Shown: positions 19,651 to 27,376 of the stretch, piece by piece
How positions within the stretch are numbered: the stretch's first letter is position 1
How the letters are laid out: the number at the start of each line of letters is the position of its first letter
Source: Shigella phage Sf20
Length of the DNA stretch: 64,000 bases
Reading direction: 5' to 3' (one strand)
Sequence record: MF327006
Translations under genes and position numbers: made by a program
The notes under the pieces: model-generated
Database searches by the model: none
What the model was told of the DNA's origin: nothing
What the model saw: only the letters and a program-made list of their open reading frames with translations

Positions 19651-19679
19651 ATTATAGGGGATCACCGATCCCCTGTCAA
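19651..19679 (-). promoter_or_regulatory. early sigma70-type promoter with palindromic spacer (stem-loop type)
   Basis: On - strand: TTGACA, 17-nt spacer GGGGATCGGTGATCCCC (perfect palindrome), TATAAT; A-rich UP-like tract upstream. Confidence 0.55.
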
Positions 19680-19686
19680 CAACTTT

Positions 19687-20241
19687 TTAGTTATTTTTTA
19701 ATTGTTCATCTTGCAATAATGCAATCACATGCTGGCGATGTTCTTCCGATTGAGGTACACCGAAAAAGTTTGTTTTGTAGAAATACTCTAATCGGTCTTC
19801 TCGTGTGCTCTCTTCCATCATGATCGCGGGTAGTCCGAGATTTCGGAAACGTCGCTTTTCTGCTGGCGTAAAATCACTGTAATACAACATAGAATCATCA
19901 TTACAAGCAATGCTAAACTCATCCTTCATAAAGGAGAATATTGCGTTTAAACGCTGTTTACCGTCCACGATTTCGATCTCATAGCGAGAGCCATCATCAA
20001 TCTTAGCCATTGCGATAGCACCAACCGGAAAATCATTAATCAGGTTTTCAATAAACATACGTTTGTTTTCGGTGTCCCATACTAAAGGACGCTGATAATC
20101 TGGGTTCATGTTGATATAGCCATCTTCTAACCATGCTTCGTAAACAGAGATAACAAAGTTTTTAGTATTGGTATAGTAGCGGCGTTTAGGCGTTAAACGG
20201 TTCATGTTATAGTCTCCTGAATGGGTCATCACGTAAATCAA
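19687..20241 (-). CDS. DUF262 (ParB-like nuclease superfamily) domain protein
   Basis: DYQRPLVWD and IVDGKQRL motifs resemble the DUF262/GmrS N-terminal domain signature (DGQQR). Confidence 0.55.
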   Translation of the reverse strand: MIYVMTHSGDYNMNRLTPKRRYYTNTKNFVISVYEAWLEDGYINMNPDYQRPLVWDTENKRMFIENLINDFPVGAIAMAKIDDGSRYEIEIVDGKQRLNAIFSFMKDEFSIACNDDSMLYYSDFTPAEKRRFRNLGLPAIMMEESTREDRLEYFYKTNFFGVPQSEEHRQHVIALLQDEQLKNN

Positions 20242-20536
20242 TATCTTTTAAGAACTCATCCCATGAATGGCGGATATTGTTCTTAATTCTCCAGATGAGC
20301 GCAGGGATTGAACGCTCTCCCATCTGGAAGTATGGATCATATGATCCGTATGCCCAATATGCTACTACAATTCCACAATCAGAGCAATAGTATTCTATTT
20401 CACTTGCTGGCGACCAAAGTCCATCAATATGATCGGTGATCTTGCTTTCGATGTTATGGCTATGACAATCAGGGCAACGGATGCAATGACCTTGTTTATC
20501 GTAATTTGACGTTAGCGAATACTTAAACAATCTCAT
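20207..20536 (-). CDS. zinc-ribbon protein (two CxxC pairs)
   Basis: CIRCPDC...CSDCG; overlaps the downstream gene start, operon-like. Confidence 0.45.
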   Translation of the reverse strand: MRLFKYSLTSNYDKQGHCIRCPDCHSHNIESKITDHIDGLWSPASEIEYYCSDCGIVVAYWAYGSYDPYFQMGERSIPALIWRIKNNIRHSWDEFLKDIDLRDDPFRRL

Positions 20537-21252
20537 TATAGATCCTTATTTGCTTCAAATACTGCCTTTGCGAATCCTCGCGGGGTAAGTGACCTTATAG
20601 TCTTTGTTTTCGTTCCTTTCCCGCCTAGCTTAGAATGCTGTTTACTGTACCCTTTATTAATCTGCAACGGTTTCTTTTCTGGCATTATAAAGCCTTGTCC
20701 GGTCCATAAGCAAGTCTTTTTTGGGTACATATCACGGGCGGCAATATACTCAGGAAACGTAGGATGCTTATCATCTTCCGGCAAATAACCGCCATATTCC
20801 CACGGATGGAACATATAATCAGGCTTACGCCACATGCTAGAGATAACGCTTACAGGATTCTCTATCATGTAGGGAACTCCTAGCCATTCACCCAAATAAG
20901 CGGTTATTTTAGCTGCCCGTACATCATGAACTTGAATCAATGGTCCTTGTTCTCGTTTCTTTCGTTCAAAGTGCGCAGCGCCACTAACAGCTAAATTGGT
21001 GCACGGTGGGAATGCAAAGATAATATCCGGTTTCCCCCATTCAAGGTCCATTGCTCTTTCCAGCCAGTTCAAATCAATCCATGTGTTTACATAGGTAATG
21101 TTTGGATGTTCAAATCTGGTATTATACTTTTTGTATGTGCCGTGGTCGCCATCATCAGCATTAAAGCAGATCACCTTATGACCTGCTTTAGCCCATTCTA
21201 GCCCCATTATCCCCGATCCGTCAAAGTTACAGAATATTAATTTTTGTTTCAT
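20536..21252 (-). CDS. DNA cytosine-5 methyltransferase-like protein (catalytic core only)
   Basis: Motif I-like FDGSG, motif IV-like PPC (catalytic Cys), motif VI-like ENP, with spacing typical of C5-MTases; no large target recognition domain. Confidence 0.45.
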   Translation of the reverse strand: MKQKLIFCNFDGSGIMGLEWAKAGHKVICFNADDGDHGTYKKYNTRFEHPNITYVNTWIDLNWLERAMDLEWGKPDIIFAFPPCTNLAVSGAAHFERKKREQGPLIQVHDVRAAKITAYLGEWLGVPYMIENPVSVISSMWRKPDYMFHPWEYGGYLPEDDKHPTFPEYIAARDMYPKKTCLWTGQGFIMPEKKPLQINKGYSKQHSKLGGKGTKTKTIRSLTPRGFAKAVFEANKDL

Positions 21253-21494
21253 ATACGCCCCTTTAATCCAACACAGATTTTAGAAGGTTCTTTGCCGTGC
21301 CACATTAAGTAAAGTCCGTTAATGCGGCCTTGTTTTGTATATGATTCTTTTCTGATCTTCTTATAGTGTCGTGTTTCCTCAGCCGATTGTTTAGAATACC
21401 AATCATAAAGGAAGATGAACAAAGGCCACCCATTAGCGGCCTTAATGCAGTTATTCAAAAATTCCTTATTGCGTTTAATTAATTTTCTTTTCAC
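21249..21494 (-). CDS. hypothetical protein (81 aa)
   Basis: ORF translationally coupled to the MTase-like gene. Confidence 0.4.
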   Translation of the reverse strand: MKRKLIKRNKEFLNNCIKAANGWPLFIFLYDWYSKQSAEETRHYKKIRKESYTKQGRINGLYLMWHGKEPSKICVGLKGRI

Positions 21495-21742
21495 GCTGCC
21501 CCCATTGGTTTGATAGTAACAGAATCTAAAAGACCTTTGTTAGCCAGTTCGCGGCAAGTTTTCAGATCCGCAACTTCCCAACCAGCCGCAATCAGGTTAT
21601 CAATCAGGCTGTTAGCAACTTCTTCGCTCATGAAAGAGCACTGTTTGCCGATGGTGTAGCGTACACGCTGTAATTTCAGTTTACGGAAGCCTTTAACGTT
21701 CAGGTCTTTAGCGATTTTCTTTGCGGTTTCGATGTTAGCCAT
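21491..21742 (-). CDS. hypothetical protein (83 aa)
   Basis: ORF with GGAGAATCAAAC RBS and promoter upstream. Confidence 0.45.
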   Translation of the reverse strand: MANIETAKKIAKDLNVKGFRKLKLQRVRYTIGKQCSFMSEEVANSLIDNLIAAGWEVADLKTCRELANKGLLDSVTIKPMGAA

Positions 21743-21782
21743 TGTTTGATTCTCCTAAGTGGTATCTCGTCTTGATGGTTGT

Positions 21783-21811
21783 ATTGTAGGGGAGTTATCC
21801 TCCCCTGTCAA
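21783..21811 (-). promoter_or_regulatory. early promoter with stem-loop spacer
   Basis: - strand: TTGACA, spacer GGGGAGGATAACTCCCC, TACAAT. Confidence 0.5.
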
Positions 21812-21825
21812 CACTTTTTATAAAA

Positions 21826-21993
21826 TTATTTGTTAATTTCTGGTGCGTTGCTAGGATAGTAACCTTCTTTAACACCCAGATATTTTGCAACCATCCCTAC
21901 AATCTTCTGTGCTACTACAATGTCAAATTTCAGATAATCTTCGCCGTGGGTTTCAATGATATATGCTTCACATGCTGCTTTAGTCTCGAACAT
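21826..21993 (-). CDS. small hypothetical protein (55 aa), paralog of 25593..25760
   Basis: MFETKAACEAYIIETHGEDYLKFDIVVAQK... ~85% identical to the 25593 copy; GGAGAATCAAA RBS; below the ORF-track cutoff. Confidence 0.5.
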   Translation of the reverse strand: MFETKAACEAYIIETHGEDYLKFDIVVAQKIVGMVAKYLGVKEGYYPSNAPEINK

Positions 21994-22026
21994 TTTGATT
22001 CTCCTATTTCGTTTCGTTATGTGTGT

Positions 22027-22055
22027 ATTATAGGGGATCTCCCGATCCCCGTCAA
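22027..22055 (-). promoter_or_regulatory. early promoter with stem-loop spacer
   Basis: - strand: TTGACG, spacer GGGATCGGGAGATCCCC, TATAAT. Confidence 0.5.
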
Positions 22056-22069
22056 CAACTTTTTTAAAA

Positions 22070-22351
22070 TTATTCGTGATTAGTTTCGATGTTGTGCATT
22101 TTGCACCAGTTCAGCCAATCACCCAGATCCTGATAGTTAATGCTTTTATCTGCTGCCATCGTTTTTGTCTTGATACCCATATGTGCGTTATGAGTAAGCA
22201 TTTTTACAGTGAACTCAATTTTATCACCTTTAGCTTTAACATCAACCAGTTTGGTCCACTGGCTACCAGCGCCGCGAATGTTCATACCAACGATGTTTCC
22301 GATGTATGCTTCTTTGTTTTTCAGGATTTCGGTTGCTTTGATGAATTTCAT
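22070..22351 (-). CDS. hypothetical protein (93 aa)
   Basis: ORF behind its own promoter and RBS. Confidence 0.45.
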   Translation of the reverse strand: MKFIKATEILKNKEAYIGNIVGMNIRGAGSQWTKLVDVKAKGDKIEFTVKMLTHNAHMGIKTKTMAADKSINYQDLGDWLNWCKMHNIETNHE

Positions 22352-22372
22352 TTTTGATTCTCCAGTTCGTTT

Positions 22373-22401
22373 CGGTATGTGTGTATTATGCTATGTTCTT
22401 A
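22373..22401 (-). promoter_or_regulatory. early sigma70-type promoter
   Basis: - strand: TTGACA, 17 nt, CATAAT, A-tract upstream. Confidence 0.45.
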
Positions 22402-22421
22402 CTTTGGTGTCAACAACTTTT

Positions 22422-22691
22422 TTAGATATTTTCAGAAATAAATTTTAAAACTTGACGTAAATGTTTCTCATCTTTGATAGTCGCCGGAAGTTCTTCTTTT
22501 ACTTCCTGTGCAAGATAGATATTTCCGTTCCAAGTGAAAGATCCGTCTTCGTTTACGCGATAGCTGAACATCCACTCGCAATCATTTTCGATTTCATATA
22601 CACACAGAAGGGTGTAATCGTTAAAGCTATTGATTTCAAGGTCGAAGCCGTGACGTTTTGCAAAGTTGGTAGTGGTTTTAGTCAGAGCCAT
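22422..22691 (-). CDS. hypothetical protein (89 aa)
   Basis: ORF with AGGAGAATCAAACA RBS. Confidence 0.45.
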   Translation of the reverse strand: MALTKTTTNFAKRHGFDLEINSFNDYTLLCVYEIENDCEWMFSYRVNEDGSFTWNGNIYLAQEVKEELPATIKDEKHLRQVLKFISENI

Positions 22692-22728
22692 TGTTTGATT
22701 CTCCTAAATGGTATCTCGTTTCGATGGG

Positions 22729-22757
22729 TGTATTATGCTATAGGCCGGATCTGGTGT
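22729..22757 (-). promoter_or_regulatory. early sigma70-type promoter
   Basis: - strand: TTGACA, 17 nt, CATAAT; conserved leader CATCGAAACGAGATAC. Confidence 0.5.
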
Positions 22758-22767
22758 CAATGCCTTT

Positions 22768-22797
22768 TTTAAAAAAGCCGACACTAAGGTCGGCACA
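22768..22797. terminator. terminator hairpin GCCGACACTAAGGTCGGC (same hairpin recurs near 23270)
   Basis: Perfect 6-bp GC stem flanked by A-run and T-run. Confidence 0.5.
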
Positions 22798-22799
22798 TT

Positions 22800-23111
22800 T
22801 TAAAAATTCTTGCTATATATGCAAGCCTCATAATCTAGAGGATGACCGCCAATCCTACCCGGCTTAATATTCCAACCGCATCGATATTTGCTGACCATGC
22901 TAACAGTTTCGGTTCTTAGAGCATTTCTTTGCAAATCATACCCCCTAAATTCTTGTCTATAAGGACAGTCCGCTTTGCAAGTTGGCGGTTCTACGTCATT
23001 TAGAGGGTCGGAAGCAGTTGGCTTTATTATCAATTCTTTGTTTGCAATAATCATAAGCACATCCCATTGAAGACAATTTAACATCTTCGCAATAAGTGTT
23101 GAATCCGTCAA
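22800..23111 (-). CDS. hypothetical Cys-containing protein (start uncertain)
   Basis: ORF overlaps the upstream gene by >100 nt; true start probably internal. Confidence 0.3.
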   Translation of the reverse strand: MTDSTLIAKMLNCLQWDVLMIIANKELIIKPTASDPLNDVEPPTCKADCPYRQEFRGYDLQRNALRTETVSMVSKYRCGWNIKPGRIGGHPLDYEACIYSKNF

Positions 23112-23187
23112 ACACGATCACTTCGTATTTGACTCCATCAGCGATAGCTTTTACTTTATACCATCCATGCTTGTATAAAATCTTCAT
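22996..23187 (-). CDS. hypothetical protein (63 aa)
   Basis: GAGGA RBS; promoter upstream. Confidence 0.45.
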   Translation of the reverse strand: MKILYKHGWYKVKAIADGVKYEVIVFDGFNTYCEDVKLSSMGCAYDYCKQRIDNKANCFRPSK

Positions 23188-23304
23188 CTTTATTTCCTCG
23201 ATCTCGTTTCGATGGGTGTATTATGCTATAGGCTAGACCAGGTTGTCAACAACTTTTTTAATTTTTTGGAAATAAAAAGCCGACACTAAGGTCGGCTAAT
23301 AAAA

Positions 23305-23613
23305 TCATTTAGACAAGTAATCATTCTGTGCAATACGGTCGGCGTATGCTGGTGTTATGTCAATCGCCAGCACTTTAACGCGTGCTTTCTTGCGACCTGG
23401 GTTTTCTCGTAACCAGTGCTCATGACCGTGAACATTTTTATACTTTGATGCTTCTTCAAATGTACGGATCGGACCTGGGTAATCAGCGTAAAGGATCTCT
23501 AGGTCTTCGGTGATGTAAAAATATACATCGTAATTACTGTTCTCTAGTTTAAGCAGAGAGTTGCGAAATTGTGGTAAATTCTCGCGGGTAAATTCAACTA
23601 CAAGATTTTTCAT
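23305..23613 (-). CDS. HxHW-motif family protein, copy 1
   Basis: HGHEHW...VKVLAIDI shared with five neighbouring paralogs. Confidence 0.5.
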   Translation of the reverse strand: MKNLVVEFTRENLPQFRNSLLKLENSNYDVYFYITEDLEILYADYPGPIRTFEEASKYKNVHGHEHWLRENPGRKKARVKVLAIDITPAYADRIAQNDYLSK

Positions 23614-23663
23614 AGTGATATCCTCATTCAGATAGATTAAAAGGGGGCTTAACGCCCCGTATA

Positions 23664-23951
23664 TTAAAACAGTCCTTCCTGTACACCGTAGTAGAGTTCA
23701 TCGCTGATAATTTCATTAATGCGACGGTGTGCATATTCCTGATTTGCGAAGTTATCAGCAAGTTCTACTTTAGTTTCGCCGTCATGAGTCCATTTAGTGA
23801 TAACTTTACCATCTGCAAATTTGAAGTTGAACTCTTTAGCTACTGCATCGCGTACCAGACGTGCGAACTTGTTGTTACGGATTGCATTATCGGTTTCGTG
23901 TGCAGCGTGAGCGAATTTGTTAACTTTCAGAGTGATAGTAATGTATGCCAT
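23664..23951 (-). CDS. hypothetical protein (95 aa), AKEFN-motif family
   Basis: LVRDAVAKEFNFKF resembles LIREVRKALAKEFNTKI of 26978..27289. Confidence 0.45.
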   Translation of the reverse strand: MAYITITLKVNKFAHAAHETDNAIRNNKFARLVRDAVAKEFNFKFADGKVITKWTHDGETKVELADNFANQEYAHRRINEIISDELYYGVQEGLF

Positions 23952-24032
23952 AATTTGATTCTCCTAGTTAGAAAGTGTATCTCGTTTCGATGGGGATATT
24001 ATGCTATATCCCCGATCCGGTGTCAACACTTT

Positions 24033-24311
24033 TTATAAAATAATTTTTTGATATTTTTCTATGATGTTCGTGTAAGTCACATCAACCGCTAGCACCGTTG
24101 CTTCGAATCCACCGTTTAGCCAATGGCTATGATCATGATCGTGAAAGAAACCTAGACCAGTACGAAGACCTTCTTTATATTCTGCGCGTACATTCAGTTT
24201 GTCGTCGATAAACAGATAAAACCATGAATTTTTACTAGGATTGATGATACAACCTTTCAGATTAGGGAGAATATCACGACTAAGAATAAACTTATCACCT
24301 ACTTTGAGCAT
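24033..24311 (-). CDS. HxHW-motif family protein, copy 2
   Basis: Internal start MLKVG with GAGGAAA RBS; HDHDHSHW...TVLAVDV. Confidence 0.5.
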   Translation of the reverse strand: MLKVGDKFILSRDILPNLKGCIINPSKNSWFYLFIDDKLNVRAEYKEGLRTGLGFFHDHDHSHWLNGGFEATVLAVDVTYTNIIEKYQKIIL

Positions 24312-24325
24312 AATATTTTCCTCAC

Positions 24326-24634
24326 TTATAAAGTTTGACCGTTGTTTTTCGCGTAATGCTGAATGCGTGCTTGATCTGCTTCCGCTGGTGATAGATTCCA
24401 TGCGATCACTACAACTTCTGACGCATCATGATCATTATCACTTACCCAATGATTATGATTCATACAATTGTTTGCTATCGCGTGAGCAAATGATCTCATT
24501 ACCGGAGACGTATAATCATAGTAACGGATTTTCAGATTTTCATCAACGTACAAGTAGATCGTATACGGCTTATATTCAGTAACCAGTAACAGACAGTTAC
24601 GCAATTCTGGGAAAATCTTTTTAGTTAATTTCAT
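24326..24634 (-). CDS. HxHW-motif family protein, copy 3
   Basis: Internal start MKLTKK with GAGGA RBS; NHNHW...VVVIAWN. Confidence 0.45.
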   Translation of the reverse strand: MKLTKKIFPELRNCLLLVTEYKPYTIYLYVDENLKIRYYDYTSPVMRSFAHAIANNCMNHNHWVSDNDHDASEVVVIAWNLSPAEADQARIQHYAKNNGQTL

Positions 24635-24635
24635 T

Positions 24636-24854
24636 TTATAATCCTCGGTCGCGGCTATAGTAAACGGTACGCCATACAATTTCATGTTTCGTGTCGCTCC
24701 AGCACACGATCTCATTTACTCTTAAATCTTTGTTATCAACAAAAGATGAACATTGTGACGCTTCTTTCATCATTTTATCTGCTGTTTTCTCATCAAATAC
24801 AGCACAGATTTCTTTATACACTCGATAATCTTTGAATTGACTCTGAATACCCAT
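24636..24854 (-). CDS. hypothetical protein, KMMKEAS family copy 1
   Basis: Paralogous to 24814..25077 (SQFKDYRVYKEI...KMMKEASQC); start uncertain. Confidence 0.4.
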   Translation of the reverse strand: MGIQSQFKDYRVYKEICAVFDEKTADKMMKEASQCSSFVDNKDLRVNEIVCWSDTKHEIVWRTVYYSRDRGL

Positions 24855-25077
24855 AATTAACACCATTCCAACCAATTGTTTTTGAGAAAACGTTTATCCA
24901 CTGTTGAGTGTAACATGTTTCTTTCCATGATACAATACGAGTAGAATAATGGTTTTTGTTTCCAGAAAAGGACGGGCATTTTGATGCATCTTCCATCATC
25001 TTTTCGGCGAACTCTGGTGCGTATACTCGCAGGATCTGTTGATATGCTTTGTATTCTTTAAATTTGCTCATAATCAT
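24814..25077 (-). CDS. hypothetical protein, KMMKEAS family copy 2
   Basis: SKFKEYKAYQQI...KMMEDASKC. Confidence 0.4.
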   Translation of the reverse strand: MIMSKFKEYKAYQQILRVYAPEFAEKMMEDASKCPSFSGNKNHYSTRIVSWKETCYTQQWINVFSKTIGWNGVNYGYSESIQRLSSV

Positions 25078-25336
25078 TCACTACCTTATCAGCTTCTTTT
25101 GTTGTTTTTACATCAACTGCGATAACTCGTAAAGGTTCGTCATGGTTCCACCAGTGGTCATGAATATCAGCTTGTGATTTATCACCAAAGGAATCACGAA
25201 TATCATTTTTACATTTATAGCTAATGTGACCTTCATAGTCAACATAAAGGTAATTATCGAAAATCGGCGTTTTTAAGATCATACCGAAAAATCTTTCTTT
25301 GTGTGTCTTATCCAGCGTTGCAGTAATTCGCATCAT
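25058..25336 (-). CDS. HxHW-motif family protein, copy 4
   Basis: IHDHWW...RVIAVDV. Confidence 0.5.
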   Translation of the reverse strand: MMRITATLDKTHKERFFGMILKTPIFDNYLYVDYEGHISYKCKNDIRDSFGDKSQADIHDHWWNHDEPLRVIAVDVKTTKEADKVVNDYEQI

Positions 25337-25592
25337 AATATATTCCTCTTAGAAAGGGATGGTCATTTCTTGAGCTTGTACGTTCTCGTTAGGATTAAAC
25401 TTCATCCAGCCGATATTGTCTACCAGCATATGCACATTTTTATCATATCCTACGTGGGTAGTCAATACTGTATGTGCTTTACCTTCAATGATGAGTTCCA
25501 TGTACTTCTGAACTTCGATAGCTTTCATTTTGATTCTCCGTTTGTTGTCTTGATGGGAGTATCTTACTACTCCCTTTAATCATTGTCAACTA

Positions 25593-25760
25593 TTATTTGT
25601 TAATTTCTGGTGCGTTGCTCGGATAGTAACCTTCTTTAACACCAAGATATTTTGCAACCATTCCGGTGATCTTCTGTGCTACTACGATATCGAATTTCAG
25701 GTAGTCTTCACCGTGGTTTGCTACAATGTACGCTTCGCATTCTGCTTTAGTCTGGAACAT
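25593..25760 (-). CDS. small hypothetical protein (55 aa), paralog of 21826..21993
   Basis: MFQTKAECEAYIVANHGEDYLKFDIVVAQK...; internal start directly downstream of a palindromic-spacer promoter. Confidence 0.5.
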   Translation of the reverse strand: MFQTKAECEAYIVANHGEDYLKFDIVVAQKITGMVAKYLGVKEGYYPSNAPEINK

Positions 25761-25804
25761 TTTTGATTCTCCTATATCTCGTTGGTATGTGTGCATTATA
25801 GGGG

Positions 25805-25833
25805 ATCGGTGATCCCCTGTCAACAACTTTATA
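25805..25833 (-). promoter_or_regulatory. early promoter with palindromic spacer
   Basis: - strand: TTGACA, GGGGATCACCGATCCCC, TATAAT. Confidence 0.55.
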
Positions 25834-26122
25834 ATGCTTTATATGCGTATTTCATAAATTTGTCTGCCACTTCATTGGCATGTTCAGATTCTACGCCTGA
25901 TTCGAGAACAATAGCTAGGTCGGTTTCGTCATTCCCGCCGTACCAATGATTTGATGTTCGATTTTTTTCAATTGGAAAGTGGTCACTTTTATCTGTGCGA
26001 CAAAATACATCTAAATGCTCGTCGATGTAAAAGATCCAATCTTCATAAAGAATAACGGTATTAGCAAGATTTTTATTGCCTTCAACGAAAGGTTCGGCTA
26101 CAAACAAATTAGTATGTTCCAT
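25829..26122 (-). CDS. HxHW-motif family protein, copy 5
   Basis: Internal start MEHTNLF with GAGGAAAA RBS; TSNHW...LAIVLESG. Confidence 0.45.
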   Translation of the reverse strand: MEHTNLFVAEPFVEGNKNLANTVILYEDWIFYIDEHLDVFCRTDKSDHFPIEKNRTSNHWYGGNDETDLAIVLESGVESEHANEVADKFMKYAYKAL

Positions 26123-26138
26123 AGTATTTTCCTCAAAA

Positions 26139-26330
26139 TTATACAGCTTCGTAAACTTCCCAATGTCCAACACCAGCACGCTTAACGAAAAGGTTTTCTT
26201 TGATGTTATTCATAAACGTCTGGATGGATTTAATGCGGTTTGAAGGTTTCCATTCTTCGTTGGCATTGCGTCGATACATCATAACATTACCAGTTCGCTT
26301 ATATTCAGCAACCATTTTAAGACCACACAT
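26139..26330 (-). CDS. hypothetical protein (63 aa)
   Basis: ORF in operon-like spacing. Confidence 0.35.
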   Translation of the reverse strand: MCGLKMVAEYKRTGNVMMYRRNANEEWKPSNRIKSIQTFMNNIKENLFVKRAGVGHWEVYEAV

Positions 26331-26387
26331 AATATTATCCTCAATTTGTGGGAGAGTATTACCCCTCCCAATGATTGTTATGTTATA

Positions 26388-26708
26388 TCACACAAAATGG
26401 CGTGTCAATGCTTCTTTTGCGGTTCCGCTAAGACTTTCGATCTCGCCTGGCATAACATCAACCGCCAGAACTTCTACAACATCCTCGGACCCTAACCAGT
26501 GAGTATGACCTTTGTAGAACTTGATAACCAGACTACCTTCCTCGTCCCATTTAACGCTATCGCTAGCCCACCACACATCACAGTCGATAAAGTTGATGTA
26601 AAGCACACTACGCCACATTGAATTAATTACTTTCAATATTGCGCCTTTCATCTCTTCCACGGTATGGTCTTCCATTTTGAAGACCTCACCTACCTGAACT
26701 TTTGCCAT
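26388..26708 (-). CDS. HxHW-motif family protein, copy 6
   Basis: GHTHWLGSEDVVEVLAVDV. Confidence 0.5.
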   Translation of the reverse strand: MAKVQVGEVFKMEDHTVEEMKGAILKVINSMWRSVLYINFIDCDVWWASDSVKWDEEGSLVIKFYKGHTHWLGSEDVVEVLAVDVMPGEIESLSGTAKEALTRHFV

Positions 26709-26725
26709 TTAGTCACCTCTCTTTA

Positions 26726-26905
26726 TTACATAACAATCACGCCAGCCGTTGAAAGTTGATGTTTCAACTGAGCATTTTCTGCTACCGTCAAATCAATGAT
26801 TTCTTGTGACGCTGCAATCATATAGCCATTGGTGATATTGTTTTGCATCAGTTCAATGGTTTCTTCGTTGTAGCGGATTTTAGCGATGATTTCGTTGAAG
26901 TTCAT
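26726..26905 (-). CDS. small hypothetical protein (59 aa)
   Basis: ATG with AGGAGAATCAATT RBS; promoter upstream. Confidence 0.4.
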   Translation of the reverse strand: MNFNEIIAKIRYNEETIELMQNNITNGYMIAASQEIIDLTVAENAQLKHQLSTAGVIVM

Positions 26906-26939
26906 AATTGATTCTCCTAGTTCGTTTCGGTATGTGTGT

Positions 26940-26969
26940 AGTATAGGGGAGTTTAACCTCCCCTGTCAA
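26940..26969 (-). promoter_or_regulatory. early promoter with stem-loop spacer
   Basis: - strand: TTGACA, GGGGAGGTTAAACTCCCC, TATACT. Confidence 0.5.
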
Positions 26970-26977
26970 CAACTTTT

Positions 26978-27289
26978 TTAAAGTTTTTCCATGATAACGG
27001 TCATAATTACATCTTCTGCGCGAGCGGTCAGATTATCAGCGTCAGCATGTGGGCGGTTGGTTGTTACAGAGATAACACCGTTGCGCACTGGTTTGATATT
27101 GATATCAAGATGATCCGCGAAACGTTCGCCAGTTACAGAATGAATTTTGGTGTTAAATTCTTTTGCCAGTGCCTTGCGAACTTCACGAATCAGGATAGCG
27201 TTTTTCAGTTGGTTCTCCGCGCTCATGGTCTTCTGGGTGTTCATGGTTCCGTCGAAGTCAATCATTGGCAGCGTTACGATGTATTTCAT
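26978..27289 (-). CDS. hypothetical protein (103 aa), AKEFN-motif family
   Basis: Paralogous motif with 23664..23951. Confidence 0.45.
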   Translation of the reverse strand: MKYIVTLPMIDFDGTMNTQKTMSAENQLKNAILIREVRKALAKEFNTKIHSVTGERFADHLDINIKPVRNGVISVTTNRPHADADNLTARAEDVIMTVIMEKL

Positions 27290-27334
27290 TTTTGATTCTC
27301 CGTTTAAGAAAGTGTGTTTCGTTTTGATGTGTGT

Positions 27335-27363
27335 AGTATAGGGGATACGTGATCCCCTGTCAA
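27335..27363 (-). promoter_or_regulatory. early promoter with palindromic spacer
   Basis: - strand: TTGACA, GGGGATCACGTATCCCC, TATACT. Confidence 0.5.
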
Positions 27364-27376
27364 CAACTTTTTTGAA

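Noticed and set aside
21760-27370. Regularly recurring GC-rich palindromes in intergenic regions, superficially CRISPR-like
   Set aside because: Units are irregularly spaced, separated by full ORFs with RBSs, and each carries -35/-10 hexamers; they are promoter/terminator cassettes, not a CRISPR array
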